Source of the DNA: Eledone cirrhosa
Taxonomy: Eukaryota
Reading direction: 5' to 3'
DNA: 64,000 nt
Assembly: GCA_964016885.1 (NCBI GenBank)
Contig: OZ024742.1
Location: 85,622,001 to 85,686,000 of the forward strand
Part shown: positions 41,612 to 59,478 of the stretch, piece by piece
Numbering within the stretch: the stretch's first letter is position 1
Layout: each line of letters starts with the position of its first letter
Notes under the pieces: model-generated
Told to the model about the DNA's origin: nothing
What the model saw: only the letters and a program-made list of their open reading frames with translations
Database searches by the model: none
Program-made: the position numbers and the translations under genes

Positions 41612-43399
41612 TATATATATATGTGTGCGTGTGAGTATGTGTGTGTGTGTCTGTATCTGTGTCTGTACCTGTGTCTGTGTGTCCCCCTGTGTATGTATGT
41701 ATGCAAATAATATATACATGATTGCGCGTGTTTATCATTAATTATTCAAATGTTTGAATACATAAAATCTAATCGTATGTGATTTTTTGTTTATCTCTGT
41801 GTATGTTTGTGAATATGTGTTGGGATGTAAAATATATTCGCGGAAAGATTAGATCCATGCCCATAGTATATCTAACATAAAGGTTAGATATGTGCTGAAC
41901 ATGATACATTCGTAAATGCATATCTTTTATATTGTGCATAATAACACACTGATTAATTCTCTAAATTACATTAGTCCGTTTCTTTTTAATAGAATATTTG
42001 TGCATAAATAATTATGCCAATACACATGGTCTATATATACAGTAGTCTTCTTCCTCATATTGATTTTATTCTTTGTCTGAAGCTTCAAATCTAAATTTGA
42101 ATCCCTACGATTGCCTGATATCAAAGAACTGTGTGCCATTTTACTGCCGATATTCTATGACTTCTAATTAGAAATTCTCTTTGAAATGTCAATTTTTTCC
42201 CCCTTTGCGAGTATATGCACATTATTTCATTTCCTCCCTTGGTGATTTTCTAAGCTAGACGTATTTGTTCCATACTTAAATCTTTAAAGACTTTCCTGCG
42301 GTTATGTATATTGAAGTTATTTCTCTAAACAGAGATAAACTCAATTAAAGCAAAGCATTTATTGTGTTAAGTATTGATTACACATATCCTGACTTGTGAA
42401 TATTTCGATTATATAGCGGTTATATATCCATAAATCTTATAAAGCAATTTTTTCCTAAACTGAAATGCCATGTGTATTCTAACTTCATTATATAGAAATG
42501 ATGTCATATATTTATATATTTACAAAAATTAAGGACTACAAAAAACAAGAATAGGTGTTGAATTGCAATGAATATATTTTCTTCTTTTATTTACAATCAG
42601 CACTGGTGAATATTATATACATTTAAACCGAAATAGAAAAAAGGAGCTCAACGTTAATCTAAGATATTTAGTGATTGCATAACTCTGAAATGCAATCTTG
42701 AACTATCTTCTTTTACTGCCTCGTACTTCGTTGCTTCACTACATAATATTTATTCGTGTAACTATATTAATATTCATGAAATGATGCGCATTTAATTTAG
42801 TGATTCAACTATTAAACATAAGCGTCACTGTATCTGACATTAACTTAACTTATTTTAGAGAAGGAATCAGTTGTAGATATTGAAGTGTTGATTAGCAAAA
42901 CAAAACAAAACACAACAACAATTGAGTCACATAGGAGTTGTTTTTGTACACATAACATCGAACCAACAGTAAAGTAAAGTAACATTAACCGATATATATA
43001 TATAGGTTGAAGGCCTATCAACAGTTCTTGAAGATTTGGTTCCACACTGTTATATTTTGTTTCAGCAGAGAACGGTTTTGCATTGCATCTTTCAGAGATT
43101 TTGTCCGCATTGCAGCGCTAGTTTGGGAGCTTATAGCGACACTTATCGCTCTCTTCCACTAGACCTTTGCCGCACTTGGTACGAGTCTGGTTTTTCTTCC
43201 GGCTGGAGCTTGAGTATGTTGTAACTAACCATTATATAGGTCCGTGACCCAGCCCGCCACTAATAAGCCATTCTATAAAATAACAACTAGATGAAGACAG
43301 GGTTTACTCGGAACAATCCCGTGGGTCCCAATGGGAATACGAATGAAGCGTCCTTTAGGCGTCTCTTCAAGTAAGGCGCACAAAACCATGCATAAATAC

Positions 43400-44830
43400 A
43401 CATGGTATAAGAAGAAACGAAGGAGGACAGAGAAAATGATTCATTTTGTTATTGTCACAGATAACATCGATTAGGATAGGAACATGGCTGTCTACTGATA
43501 AACATTTAATTATTTGTTACCCGAGAATAACTAAAGCAATGAAGTACAAAACTTGCAGGTCCAGCTTGTCCTACAAAATAAAGAGGGATGCGCTTGTAGG
43601 TAACAAAGTTAGGAAGAGGTTTGAGGATACTATTGCAAATTCAGACAACAACCTGATGAAACGATCGCAGACTGCTTTTCTCAGCATGTTCTGCTTTAGC
43701 TTTAATAAGCTGCGGACGAAAACGGTTTGGTGTGGTGGCAGGTTCACTTGTTAGTTCAATAAAGAGTTCAAAGATGTCATCCAAGCAAAGAAGGAGGCTT
43801 ACAAATATATGTGTGTATATAGGTGCTACGTCTTCCACGTGTGGTACATCAGACGCGAAAACATCGCAGTAGATAAAGTACATGTCCAAATAGTATGACA
43901 TGTGATGACTTTGGGTTTAAACTGGAATCAGACCGCATTTAAAATATAAAGTAATCTGGCAGATTTTAGGGTGCCTTCCTATGAAGAAGTTCTCTTCCTC
44001 GACTGCCATCACAAAAATGTCAGGTTTTCTCATTTCTTCGAAAAGGTGCATCATCAGGTGCTGGCGAGAAGGCTTTGCTGACCACTTATACCCGTTCGTA
44101 ACAGCATAAGCTGGTGTGCACGAGGTGTAATTTGAAACACTGCCTAACTTCTTGGATGCTTAGATCACAGGAGCAAGTACAGAGTTTAAATGTAGCAACG
44201 GGGCTTAGGTGTGTGGGTGTCAAATTCTTTCCGAGATGTTAAGAAAATTAAATAGATAAGGTAGTGTCTCGCTCCATCGTGTGCAATGGGTGACTGGTAA
44301 CATTCGAAAGGCACATACGCAGTGAGATTTGGATGTATTAATGCCAACGTTCAAAATGAAAGCAACGGAGGTTGCAACACATATAGAAGGCTCTTCTTGT
44401 TAATCATCCCCAACAAAGTATATGCTAAGTGGTTGGTAAATAGGTACAGGGGTTGCAGACTCAAAGCGATCTTCGTCTGAGTAGTGTTAAGCTTATATTA
44501 CGTCTCGAAGAAACATATTACCTTCTTTGCAGGTGATTTGTTGTAGAAGGTTTTGTATGACTATAGGATCGATGAACAGTTTCTAGTTGCCCTGATGTTT
44601 ACAATGAATTGGTGCTAAGGGTAATAAATTAAATGCGAGCAAGCGTCCAACTACATGAAGGGTGCGTTTTCTTACATCTCGTGTCGTATTCTTCATCCAT
44701 AGCTTTGATATGCGCAGCCAGATGGGAAGTAGTGTCTAGACTAATGGGCGTAGAGTCAGTCGGTGGCTGCAATTTAATCTTCAACATGCACTTGACAGCT
44801 TTGCTGTCTGGTGTTGCATGGCAGTAAGTA
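43400..44830 (+). mobile_element. Decayed RTE-clade LINE (RT region)
   Basis: SEMLRKL; CNTYRRLFLLIIPNKVYAKWL (cf. C.NYRGISLLS.PGKVY); KVLYDYRIDEQFL; LHEGCVF; LQHALDSFA. Confidence 0.7.
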
Positions 44831-46403
44831 AACATCAGTGTTTCGAAGACTGTTTTCTAAAGGAAGTCTGCGTGAGTGCCACTGAATCAGGTGGAGACAT
44901 CCAAGTATCTGACAAACTAAATAGTACGATCGTGTACCGACTTTAAGAGCAAATATTATTTCCATCATCATGTACATTAAATCTATTTTTACAAATAGTT
45001 CTGAGATTTTATAAATTACACAGTTTAGATTATATTTAATTCATTTTTTCAGTATGTCATTTACATTATAATACGTTAGTCGCCTCTCTAGGTCGTTTCT
45101 TTTATTGCTGCTTCTAATATTTATTGCAGCATATGGAATTACTTTCTCTTCCAATAATTTTAATACTACGTGCTCTGCCTTCGTGATAGGCCAAACATAA
45201 TGAAAGGCTCGTGTGCAAAACAATCAACATTCCTAAATCATGTTCGAATATTCCATAATTCATTTTTATATTTATAATATATTTGCACTAGCCATTGTAT
45301 TCCCAATGTTGCATAAATGCGCCTAATTGTGTACAATTGGTTTAGTTTATTTAAATGCTAATGTTTGCTTTAACTGTGACTTATTGTAATATGAAACTGT
45401 CTTTCAAACTTTTAATTATCTATTCCTTTCGCTGCTAAATGTAGAGGCCTCCTGAATATGTATCAATATTAGAGACTGCTATGTCTTGCATTAAGGTATT
45501 TCTAAATAGCAGAACCTATAGCATTTGGTAGTGTAATTGTTTCAGTTTTATTCCTTTTAACCTAGAAAAAATACTACATAATGCTTTAGTTCACAATGTT
45601 TCCACAATTTCTTCAGGAACGCTTTATGCATCGGATTTGCATGTGTTACTGTGATGAGTATCTGCAAATTACGATTTTAGTAATTAACTTTTTGTTAGTT
45701 TGGCTCTAAGCCCGAATTATCTATCACCAAATCTATCTGTCACTGCAACACTCTTCCTCCAACTTACACACGTACATTCGGGCTTCAACAGTTTACCGAA
45801 ATGCATGTAACGCTGATATGATTCACATTGATTTAAGTATTTATTAATTCTCAGGCTACAGAGAATATTATATAAAGTTTGTTAATCCAAGAATAGTTGT
45901 TAATTGTATTGAAGTGGGCACAATTGCTGTACTTCATTGGAAATGAAGTAACGTATAGCTCTGATCTGAGTTGATGGTAAAAAGATTTATTAATAAATAA
46001 GACTGTTCTATTATGTAACTTCTGTTGTCAAATTGAAATTAATTACTGTAAGTTCTTCTTCGTTTTACGCAGGCATTTTCTTTCCCGTAGTCTTTGTATT
46101 AACTAGTTTATATCAATATATATAACTTGTTAATGTACTGACAAGAAACGTGTGGAATTTGTAATTGTTACTGTTTGATATCTACAAAAACTAATGTTAT
46201 ATATTTACAAAAGCAATCATTGCTTTTGATAACAGCTGGTGATCTGCATGTAGGTAAATATTTTCCTTATCTGATATTTTGTACCTAACCTTACATAGAT
46301 CGATAACGAAGTATGGTTACGATGTATTATCATCACCTAGAAACGATTGCAAAATCAGTGAAGTATATTTCTAATGACTTGAATTTTTATTTCATTGTTT
46401 CAT

Positions 46404-46470
<67 letters not shown>

Positions 46471-46471
46471 C

Positions 46472-46508
<37 letters not shown>

Positions 46509-46510
46509 TA

Positions 46511-49196
46511 CTAATAATAAATGTGAAGACTAAAATCCGAACAGGGCACGATAAGGATAAATATATATCAAATATATAAGAACCCTAGAGCAAATATTTA
46601 AATATTTAACAGATTAAAGTTTAAGCAAAGAAATACTGCTTTCACCCTTGAGGGGATCTTCTGAAACTAAAATATATCAATCTGTGAACGCAGAAGTAAA
46701 TATTTCGAAAAACGTTGCAACCACATGAAAAAAGAAGACGGGACTTTGCTTCGTGAAGACGTTCCCTGGCAAGGAAGGGAAAAAAGTGAAGATAATACTT
46801 CGTTATGTGGAGCGAGGAGGACAAATACACGCAAAGACAAAAACAAGTTTATTGTATAAATTGTGTCATTAGACTAATATTCTATTTAGGAAACCGAATG
46901 ACTCTCGGATTCAGAGTTAAGTATAATGTAAATAAATTCGTAGGACAAAAATGATAGAGGTTATTAAAATCATAAAAGTAATAATAATTAAATATATACA
47001 TATACACGTACATACGCCAAAACACCCGCCATTCATGAATATACATATAAACACTAGGATCTCCCAGTGTTACCTGTATTGGATGTGATTGTCTTTTAGA
47101 CTCCAGATATAAGCTGAAAGGGATGTCATGTTCCTTCTTAATGTGTTAAGAAAAGAATCGGGGTGCAGTAAATACGATGTTTGAATCTATTGGCGGTTAA
47201 CCCTATGTAGGCCCTACTAGACGTGGGTGTGTCGACCTTACATTTGTAGACAATATTATTGGAGAGGCATTTTCTGGACAGAGAGCAGTCAACTCGATTA
47301 CAATAATTGCAGTTAGTACTAGCTACATGGGTTCACGTGTTACTACGGCTAGGTAATTTAGCTAATTTTGAAGCAATGATGTTATGTTCAAAGTTTGGAG
47401 TTGTGGAGTAAGATATGTTAACGGTATTTCTATTAAAAAATGTATTATATTTATGTGCAGAGGGGAAATGCTTCTTGATAAGGGAGAGAAAGATCTTAGC
47501 TAATGATGTGGCCACCTCCATATTAAATGGTGGATTATACCATATAATGCGTCTGGATCACTTTTCCTAGGTTTATCTCATACTTAGTATATGCTACTTA
47601 TCGACAAATCCACTCCGAGCCAGAACTTGGATGTAATATGTGGAACGGTTGGTGAAAATATTCTCGTTTGTAAATATCATGGAAAGCCTCAAAGAAACGT
47701 TTCTTACCAGATTCTTAGTTATGCTTGCAGGATGGTTTGAATACATACTTATGTAATTAAGCGTATCATTCGGCTTTCTATACGGGTAGTGCAAGCCTTT
47801 CGACAAATTGAGGGTAGCGTAGAGGTAGCTTACGACCGAAAGGTTAGCCTCAACTTGTATGGAGAGGTTGAAGCCTTTAAAGAAGGGTGTGAGTTCTGTT
47901 TTAAACCTGTCGCAAGTGCGGGCACCGCTCTTTGTCATGCTCAAACGACAGTCATTGCGGTACAAACCACGGCCCACATTAGGGAATTTTTCCTTGATAG
48001 AGAAAAGAAGGAAAAGGCCGATAATTTCTGTAACCTCCGCCGAATGACTTGCACCCATACTCACGTCGAATGGGGTACTATTAGATTTTTTTATCCAAAT
48101 AGAGTCGTTAAAATTAATCTTCGACTTACGGGCATTGAGGATTACATCAACTTCGAAATCCTTAACCACCGGAATCAGAAGTGTTAAAGTGATGGAGGAG
48201 TAGTAGTTATTGATGTCGAATTGGATAAAACGGCAACGTTCCCTGTTGCATATGCCATTGAACCAATCAATCACCGCGAAATAATTATTCCACAGTGCAA
48301 GAGGGGCTAAGTTTCTAATTTCAGGTATAATTCTATGTAAAATGCTTTTACTAAATCTACCTAAATCAGACTTCGTAGAGTTAATTAGCCGAATAGATGG
48401 GTCGTTAGCGAAATTAGGTTTGTGATCCTCTGGGTAAAGTGGCGAGAAATAGGATCTAGAGTTTCAGTCAGGTTCTGGATGTTGAGTTCTGAAGAGATGT
48501 TAAACCCAGCATCGTTGATGTCATTAATGACACTCCGATCGGTTTTCCGGTAATCTTTAGTTACAGCATTATATAGCAGTTGATGGGAAGTACTGCGCTC
48601 CACTTGATATAAATTACCAGTTTTGTCGGAGTGAACGTGTACGGCATTAGAATCCTTAATAGAACGAATTCTATTCTTCAGGTCCTGTTGGAAGGAATTT
48701 CTCACGTTCCGCAATTTGATACTCCGTCTGAATTCCAAGATATCGTTATCGAGGTGTTACTCGGAGGGTTAGTATAAGTTTTAAACCCCAATTTATCCTG
48801 TTTATTGTCCATTTTTTCCTGGTTATCGAAATAAAAGGCGAATCCTTTTTTGTATGAGCAGTTTTAAATATGTCTTCCTAATAGGTACGGAAAGTTCTTT
48901 GTAGGTGTTTTTTTATGCATGTTGAATATAGGTCGGTAGAGTGCTCAACCGAGGGAGCAAAAAGTAATAATAATAAATGTGAAGACTAAAATCCCAAGAG
49001 GGCTCGATAAGGATAAATATATATCAAATATATAAGAACCCTAGGGAACGTCTTCACGAACCAATGTATCGTATTCCTGTTTTCCTTCGGCTGCAAAGCT
49101 TTTCGAAATATTTATTTCTGCGTTCACAGATTGATTTTTTTCGTTTCAGAAGATCCCGTTAATGGTCGATTCTTTGCTTAAACTTTGATCTGTTAT
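46511..49196 (-). mobile_element. Decayed full-length Naiad-like PLE: inverted pLTR piece (49044-49196) + partial direct pLTR (48966-49044) + ORF + 3' pLTR
   Basis: 46511-46588 directly repeated at 48966-49044; 46605-46768 inverted at 49044-49196. Confidence 0.88.
47050..48920 (-). pseudogene. PLE RT + GIY-YIG pseudo-ORF
   Basis: HSDKTGNLY, FIQFDINNYYSSI, MGASHSAEV, GLYRND, SNHP, WYNPPF, CN..C..DCSLSRKCLSNNIVYKC..AYIGLTANRFK. Confidence 0.9.
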
Positions 49197-49209
49197 TTAA
49201 ATATATATT

Positions 49210-49442
49210 TATATATACAATATATTAACAAATGGAAACTATATTTATAAAACCATATTTATTTCATTATGCATATTTCAAGGGCCACCAGAGAAATATG
49301 TATAATGAAATAAATATGGTTTTATAAATATAGTTTCCATTTGTTAATATATTGTATATTTACTCCAATAATTTGTTGAGTGCTTTATATCAGTTATAAA
49401 CATATTTTGCTTGTTGTATCCCAACAAATTAAATATAACCTC

Positions 49443-49445
<3 letters not shown>
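49210..49445 (+). mobile_element. Family A fold-back (arms about 49215-49278 / 49292-49355)
   Basis: Inverted repeat containing only the 3' half of the family A HHR. Confidence 0.7.
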
Positions 49446-49518
<73 letters not shown>

Positions 49519-49544
49519 AAAAGCGGTGGGGGGAGTGACAGAGA

Positions 49545-49601
<57 letters not shown>

Positions 49602-49650
49602 GGTGGTGGTGGTGATAGTGGTGGTAGTAGCTGCAGTAGTAATAGCTGTA
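49545..49650. repeat. (GTA)n/(GTG)n trinucleotide microsatellite
   Basis: Direct reading. Confidence 0.95.
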
Positions 49651-50384
49651 GTACTTGTGTCTTTTCGCAGAACAAAGGTGTTTTTTTTATGTAGAGGATG
49701 TTTTCTGTATATATGTGTGTGTATCAAAATCGTCTGAAAGAACTGATCAAGAGTTCAGTTGGGGTGGCGTAGAGGGAAAAAAGTAAGCTTGGTACAATTG
49801 CTTTAGGGCTTTAGGGGGAGAGATATATAGGATTGTCAAAGGTATGGATTGATTATTTTCTGCTTTTCAAAGTGGGTTTGTGTCATCGGGTGTCGTGGGC
49901 CCTATAGCCTTTGTCTAATAAATGATCCTTCTGAATTGTTTTGTCATGGGTATTACTATATCTAATGCATTTTCCCTGTTATTGTGAGATCTTTTATAGA
50001 CGTTTAGGACGTACTTAGTTTCGATTTGTTAATGGTCCTGGCTGTAATTGTTGTTCCTTTGTGTGGGTTGGATCTAGGATTTTGGAACAGGCTCTGTGTG
50101 TGTTGAGATCTATGGTTTTGGAAAACGGTTATGTGTGGGTCGTGATCTATGGGTAGAGCCATGTCTTTTGGAAGGTGGCACATGGGTTTTTATCGTAGGG
50201 TTATAGTTTATTCGATAGATTCTGAGATTATCGTCTAAATATTTCTGGGTGCATAATTGAAATTTTGTTACTTTTTTAGTTGTTTTTTGTGAATGTGGTG
50301 TGTGAATTTTAGCTTGTTTTAAAATAGATTACCTGCATGGTGTTCGTTTCGGAATTCAATTTCGTAGTTGTTGCACCAGGTGGT

Positions 50385-51382
50385 GATTCAAAAATTTAAT
50401 TAACAACATCAATATTCATATTCAATTCGCAATAGAATACAGTTAAGACCAAAACCCATTTCTGGACATCTCAGTCATACACAAAGTCACAAATATTGAA
50501 ACTGACACAAGCTAGAAACCGACAAATTCCAAACAATACCTGCTATTCACTTCCATCCATCCAATCACACGAAGGTGACCATCCATTTTAATCTTGCTAA
50601 AATAATTTGCACTATTATCTCCAGTTATGAAACATAGAATAAAAGACTCCAAGAATTAAAGGAAATTCTGCTCGACATACAGTAACCACCGTTATTAATA
50701 GATAATCGAAAAGAAAGGGCTAAAGCAGTAGAAGTGATAAGGGTGTTATGTGAGTGTGTATGTGTGTGTGAATATCCTATCATATATTTCAACACACAGT
50801 CCAAGAAATATGGAAGCATACAACATCATTCACAAGAATATCCCACTATTAAAACAAGACCAATTAATGGAAAAAAAAAAGCATTTGAAAGACACAAAAT
50901 AATTAAAAGCAAAAGAAAACCTAAATCACTAAGATTATTATGCACCAATGCCAAATTACCCACCACAAAACGAAAACCAACGGTAAAAAAAATGTGGTCG
51001 CTCTAAATGCGTAACTTGCACTCACCTCATTGAAAGCAAAATTTCAATCAGGTCAACATTTTGTTGTAAAATATCATTTCACTTGTTCATCAAAAAATTT
51101 ACTTTATACCGTTAAATATAAAGGATCTAATGGAGATCATACAGGGTAAATTAAACATACCCTAAGAAACAGAATGACAATTCATCGACAACAATTACGA
51201 AACCCTACCACGAGATAGATATCTACTCAGTGAACATCTAGACATATGTGCAAAAAATAAGACACCAACATTCCAAATCTTCCCACTTTATCTTTGCACT
51301 GACCAGTCGACAAACCAGATACGAGTAAATGATGAAAATATGTTTATTCAGAAATATAGACCAGCATTAAATATAATTTAAT
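50385..51382 (+). pseudogene. Decayed Neptune-like PLE: RT C-terminus, thumb, Zn-finger linker, GIY-YIG
   Basis: PFLDISV..IETD..KPTNSKQYLLFTSIHP; IIKSKRKPKSL; KKCGRSKCVTC; FTCSS; LRNRMTIHRQQ; LSEHLDIC. Confidence 0.85.
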
Positions 51383-52167
51383 GTACGTTAATATGTTAAC
51401 ACCATAAGATGCTAACCATCCACACACACACACATACACACACATACACACATATACCCCCTCCCCCAGACATACACATAACACCGTCTCCATATTCCAA
51501 AAACGAAAGATCACATCTAAATATACTTTAACATACGTTAACGTTTTAACACCTTAGCTTGCTAAACATACCCATCACACACACATACACACTCACATAA
51601 CACCCTTATCGCTTTCTACTATTGGAATCATTTTTATTGCTATTATCAATACGAAAAATTGCTTTGCTACACACGCGCATGCACACAAATAAAAAAAAAC
51701 ACATTTCTCTTTTCTACCCCGCTACCAACATAGCCGCCGGCACCACTATCCTCAAGACATAGTATGTCAGCAATACATCAGCCATATTCACTGAACCAGA
51801 ACTATTTCTCCCCCTCCTATTTCTTAACCATTGTATCTTGCTTGGCACTAAACTTTCTATGACAAACCATCCTTTTCTGGCACCTAAATTATATAGCCAA
51901 TCATGTGACTGTGTTCAAAAAAGAACCTTCAAACACAAACTGGCGCGAAATTGGATGTACTTATTCACATGATAGCCATCAACCAACCAAATTACAGATT
52001 AAACAAATTTTGAGCACCATGTTTTAAGGCGAATAAAATAAGAACTTGGAACACGAACTGGCGTGAAATGTATTGTACTTATTTAGGTGATAGTCATCAA
52101 CCAACCAAATAAGTTTTAAAAAATACCCAGCAATTCGAGTCACTCTATCCCATGAATCAGAAAGAAC

Positions 52168-54966
<2,799 letters not shown>

Positions 54967-54967
54967 T

Positions 54968-55050
54968 AATGAAGAAACTGTGGTAAGGAACTAGGTGGAC
55001 CATAACGCACCAGAGTACTCGATACTTTGGGTAGTAGAGTTGGTAATAGG
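54968..55050 (-). mobile_element. Family H fragment
   Basis: Reverse complement of 11797-11880. Confidence 0.75.
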
Positions 55051-55072
55051 AAAATGGTCTTGACTCTTTACC

Positions 55073-55210
<138 letters not shown>

Positions 55211-55560
55211 GATAGATCTACCAAGAGTTTACGGTAGTGTCCAATCCGTATGAAGAACTCAATGTAATCCGGATATCATGGAAAGAAGAGATGCAATGAA
55301 AAATCACTTTCGGTGAAAGATAAACGGAATACAGAGTCAAGATAAAATATTAAAAAAATAATGAATAAAACAATGAAACAGTTCCTTATATTAAACAAAA
55401 AAAGTTCATTATTTAACGATCGTTTCTAGGATATATATGTGTTAGAATTGGCATGCATATTCAACAGATCTATGTACAAAATTATACAAAATTATACAAA
55501 CTATCAAAATTAAATATACATACCAAACACATATATATGCCGTCTTCAGAAATAATATAT

Positions 55561-55703
<143 letters not shown>

Positions 55704-57269
55704 GTGTGTATAAATTTGTTAACAGCCGATGTTTACGATTAAGCTATAGCCTAAACATACAGATTGTGTAACTGAGATTGCCTCAATATGTATATTAAAG
55801 TTAAACACATTTAATCGGTTTTAGATCCTAATGAGGCCCTCATCATTCTGTTTTTATACCTAAAGGTCTGACACTTATAATCGGACGTCGGGTGTATATA
55901 TATATATGACTTGCACAATATTATTTGCATTATGCAACACATTACTCTCTCCTTTACTCATATATATCAGGTAATATCACAAACGGGAAACAACTTAAAT
56001 CGTTTAAAAATATGACTTATTACTTCATATTTTTGTTTGGATATATAGTCCAAACGAATGTAGAGATGTATTGAACATCACTGAGAGATATATGAATTTG
56101 TAATGCCAATAATTATCAACCTACTCTGAAATGTATCTATAAACATATATATTTTCCAAAAAAACGATGTGATTTGTAAAAGCCTGACCAAAATCCATCA
56201 ATTTGGAAAGGTTAATGTTGCTGGTCGCAAAATCACCTCAAATATAATATAATATATTGGTCTGAATAGGAATTTATACGGATGATAAAAAGAAAACAAC
56301 AATACTATATAAAACATCAATTAAAAAACGACAAAAAAATTAGAATTAATGGCGATGCAAAATAGATGAAAATGAGACAATCGATACAAAAATCAGATGT
56401 ATATTATAAATTTACGAGAATGTAGCATGGATGTATGACATTGAGTTAATGTGTAAATAATTTATTTTGTATCATATAGACGATAAGTCAAGTTATTTGA
56501 ATAGCGAGTGAAACTGTAAATATAGTACAATGTATCAAATCTTATTAATCAGCTTCCCCAAAAGTGGTTTTGTGCTGAAATGAAGGAAAACTATTATATG
56601 TATATATAAACATGAAGTGTAACTGAAAAGGTTTTAATTAACTTCGTTTATTCATAGTCGCTGTTATATAAATTTCCGTGATAACCATTATGCAACAGCT
56701 AAAACCTCATCAGGCAGGTAGAATTTGAACAGAAAAAACAGTGTCACATAACGATGGAATGCATTTTACCTCTGAAATCATACTACACGTTTATATTCAA
56801 AAAGACAGTCCTTGTCCCAGTACTAACATGGGAACAGAATAGATTCTATATGAAGTTTGCGTGGTGAACATTCACTTGAGATGCTCATTTGCATGTAGTG
56901 CAAACACGCCTGGCTATAATTATTCGGAAGTAGAACTAAGACATTGTTTAAGCATAAATAACTTGCATATGACATCTTATATAACATGTTTATATACAAC
57001 GTGTTTCCCTTCATATTGTTTCTTTACATTTCTATGTTACATCATTACAAAATATCAGTAATATTTGAGAATATCAGACAGTGCTGTTTCAAGTATGATC
57101 AAATATTTCTTTGATAATAAAGTTAATAATATGTTTATTGTATATAAACCTATATTATAGGATTCCTATACACCCATATTACGCTTATATTCTACAAATC
57201 AATTACAATCAGCTACATTCTTACTATATGCAAATGAGCACCTAAAGCAATGTTCATCACGTAAAATCT

Positions 57270-58090
57270 ATATTGATTCTAGTCAGAAACAATCGGAAAA
57301 CTGCAGCATGTGTACGGAATTAAGACTAGGTCACGCTCACGCGTTGTTGAGTAACACAAAAGGTTCAAAGAGGGACGCGAGGACGGGGAAAACACTTGGA
57401 GTGGATGGTCTTCAAACGACATGACTGCGCTTAATGTTAGGTGCGTGACGGAGGTAATTAAATGTAGCACATAGAGGACAAGGTTGAGAGTCTTGAAAAC
57501 GAACTACATTTGCTGGGCACAGTCGTCACCGGTGATGAGTTATGTATGTTCGTGTACGACCTTGAGGCCAAGTGCCTGAATCTTTAGTGCATGAGGCCAG
57601 AGCCGTCGGGACCGGAGAATGTAAGCCAGTTGAAATTTAAAATCAAATGGTTGTTGATCATGTATTTAAAATGTTTGTGGTATCTTCAACATAGAGCTCT
57701 GGGCAACGGGCAAGATGATAAACTAGCATGTCAAGAAAACATCCCGTAGCATTTGCTTCACTCCGTAAGAGGCTTAAGCTGAAGCATGACAGCTCATAGC
57801 TATTCAACACGACAGTAAATCATTTCACACTCCTTGCGCATCCGGCAGTCTCAGAGAGAGAGAAGACGATCAACCAGCAAGTTAAACCTCACAATTGATG
57901 CAACCTGATTCCATGACATATTTTTCCTTTTCCTCAACCTCAATTTGGTCAACAGCCGGACACATTTTCAGTTGGCCATAACAATGGGGCTCTAGAGAAT
58001 CCCGGAGTAATCCTTCCAAGAATGCATGGACACGTTGCGAAGAAGGAGGGTAAAGGGGTTAGACTCAAGGAGGATTATTTCGTAGGGACA
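57270..58090 (+). mobile_element. Decayed Tc1/mariner (mariner-type) transposase
   Basis: ETIGKLQHVYG..SRSRVVE*HKRFKEGRED; VVTGDELCMFVYDLEAK; HD; remnant of DLAP.DFFLFP.L; GGDYF. Confidence 0.8.
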
Positions 58091-58232
58091 ACAAACATAT
58101 TTTTTGGGAGCCGTCCGTAGTCTTGTTTTTTTTCTCGCAAATATATAGTGTATGATTTTAGATGCAAATTAATTATGCAGAAATGCAGAAATGGTCTCTT
58201 AGTGAAACTGCCAATTTTCTATATTTTTGTAT

Positions 58233-58309
<77 letters not shown>

Positions 58310-58351
58310 TCAAAATATTAATAAATATAGACATTCATGTAATCAAATATA

Positions 58352-58413
58352 TTTTAATAGACATATTTCTGAGGTACTGAGCTATTTCAACAGTACTTCC
58401 TCATCAGATAAAA
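58352..58413 (-). ncRNA. Hammerhead motif, family A-related
   Basis: Minus strand TTTTAT-CTGATGA-GGAAGTACTG...CAGTACCTCA-GAAA-TATGTCTATTAAAA. Confidence 0.5.
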
Positions 58414-58474
58414 TAAGTTGATGCTTGACATACCTTGACTATGATGATGGTTACAATTCAGTCATGGCAGTAAC

Positions 58475-58597
<123 letters not shown>

Positions 58598-58605
58598 ATA
58601 TATAT

Positions 58606-58722
58606 AGGAGAAAGTATGACCCCGTTTCGACGGCTATTTCTCCTATTACCCACTCTACTACCCTAAGTATTGAGTACACTGGTGCGTTCTGTTCCATCTG
58701 GTTCCTTACCACAACTCCTTCG

Positions 58723-58725
<3 letters not shown>
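58606..58725 (+). mobile_element. Family H fragment with inverted HHR remnant
   Basis: GACCCCGTTTCGACGGCTA is an inverted, internally deleted copy of 63018-63054. Confidence 0.7.
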
Positions 58726-58798
<73 letters not shown>

Positions 58799-59478
58799 GT
58801 GTGTGTGTGTATGTATATATAAATACATAAATATCTGTACCATTAGAGTTTTCGTAGTTATCTGATGTATTATTATAAAATTGTTGATCATATTGCTAGG
58901 CCCCCACCTATGACCAACATTTACAATATGGATTTTATACTTATAGCGAAACATACACTTATTTGAGCATGTCCAGGTTTTATTGTTTTAATCGAATGGT
59001 TAATACATTTTAATATATTCTTCTTATTGATTTATATTCGACATTCCTTCCGTAGGTAATATGTTCGTCACTCTGGTCATTTTTGATCCCCTATGATTGA
59101 ACACATATCTTTATGTTTACTTCCCTCTACGTGTTGATTTATAAAGAGGCCGGAATATATATTTATTGAGCTCTATAGGTATTAATGCGAGTTATTAACT
59201 CGGTTAATTAATTTTGAATATATATATTCAGCTAATACACACATGTTACAACTAAAAGTAAATAAAACCTGTATCTGATATATGAAGTATGACATGTCTA
59301 CTGAGTAGTCTAGTGCTTTTCAAACTTTAGATTACTCATAATTATGCTGTGATTTTAAAGACATAATACTTTATTACTTTCGGGACTATGCCTCCAAGTT
59401 AAATGGAATAAATAACATCGGAATTAAAAATCAACTGCAAATATGCCTTACTTTAACACGCATTCAAATGTGTCATCA

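Noticed and set aside
46625-46670. HHR in the pLTR of the 46.5-49.2 kb PLE (CAGAAGA-TCCC..GGGT-GAAA on minus strand)
   Set aside because: U4 is A in all three copies and stems I/III are unsupported
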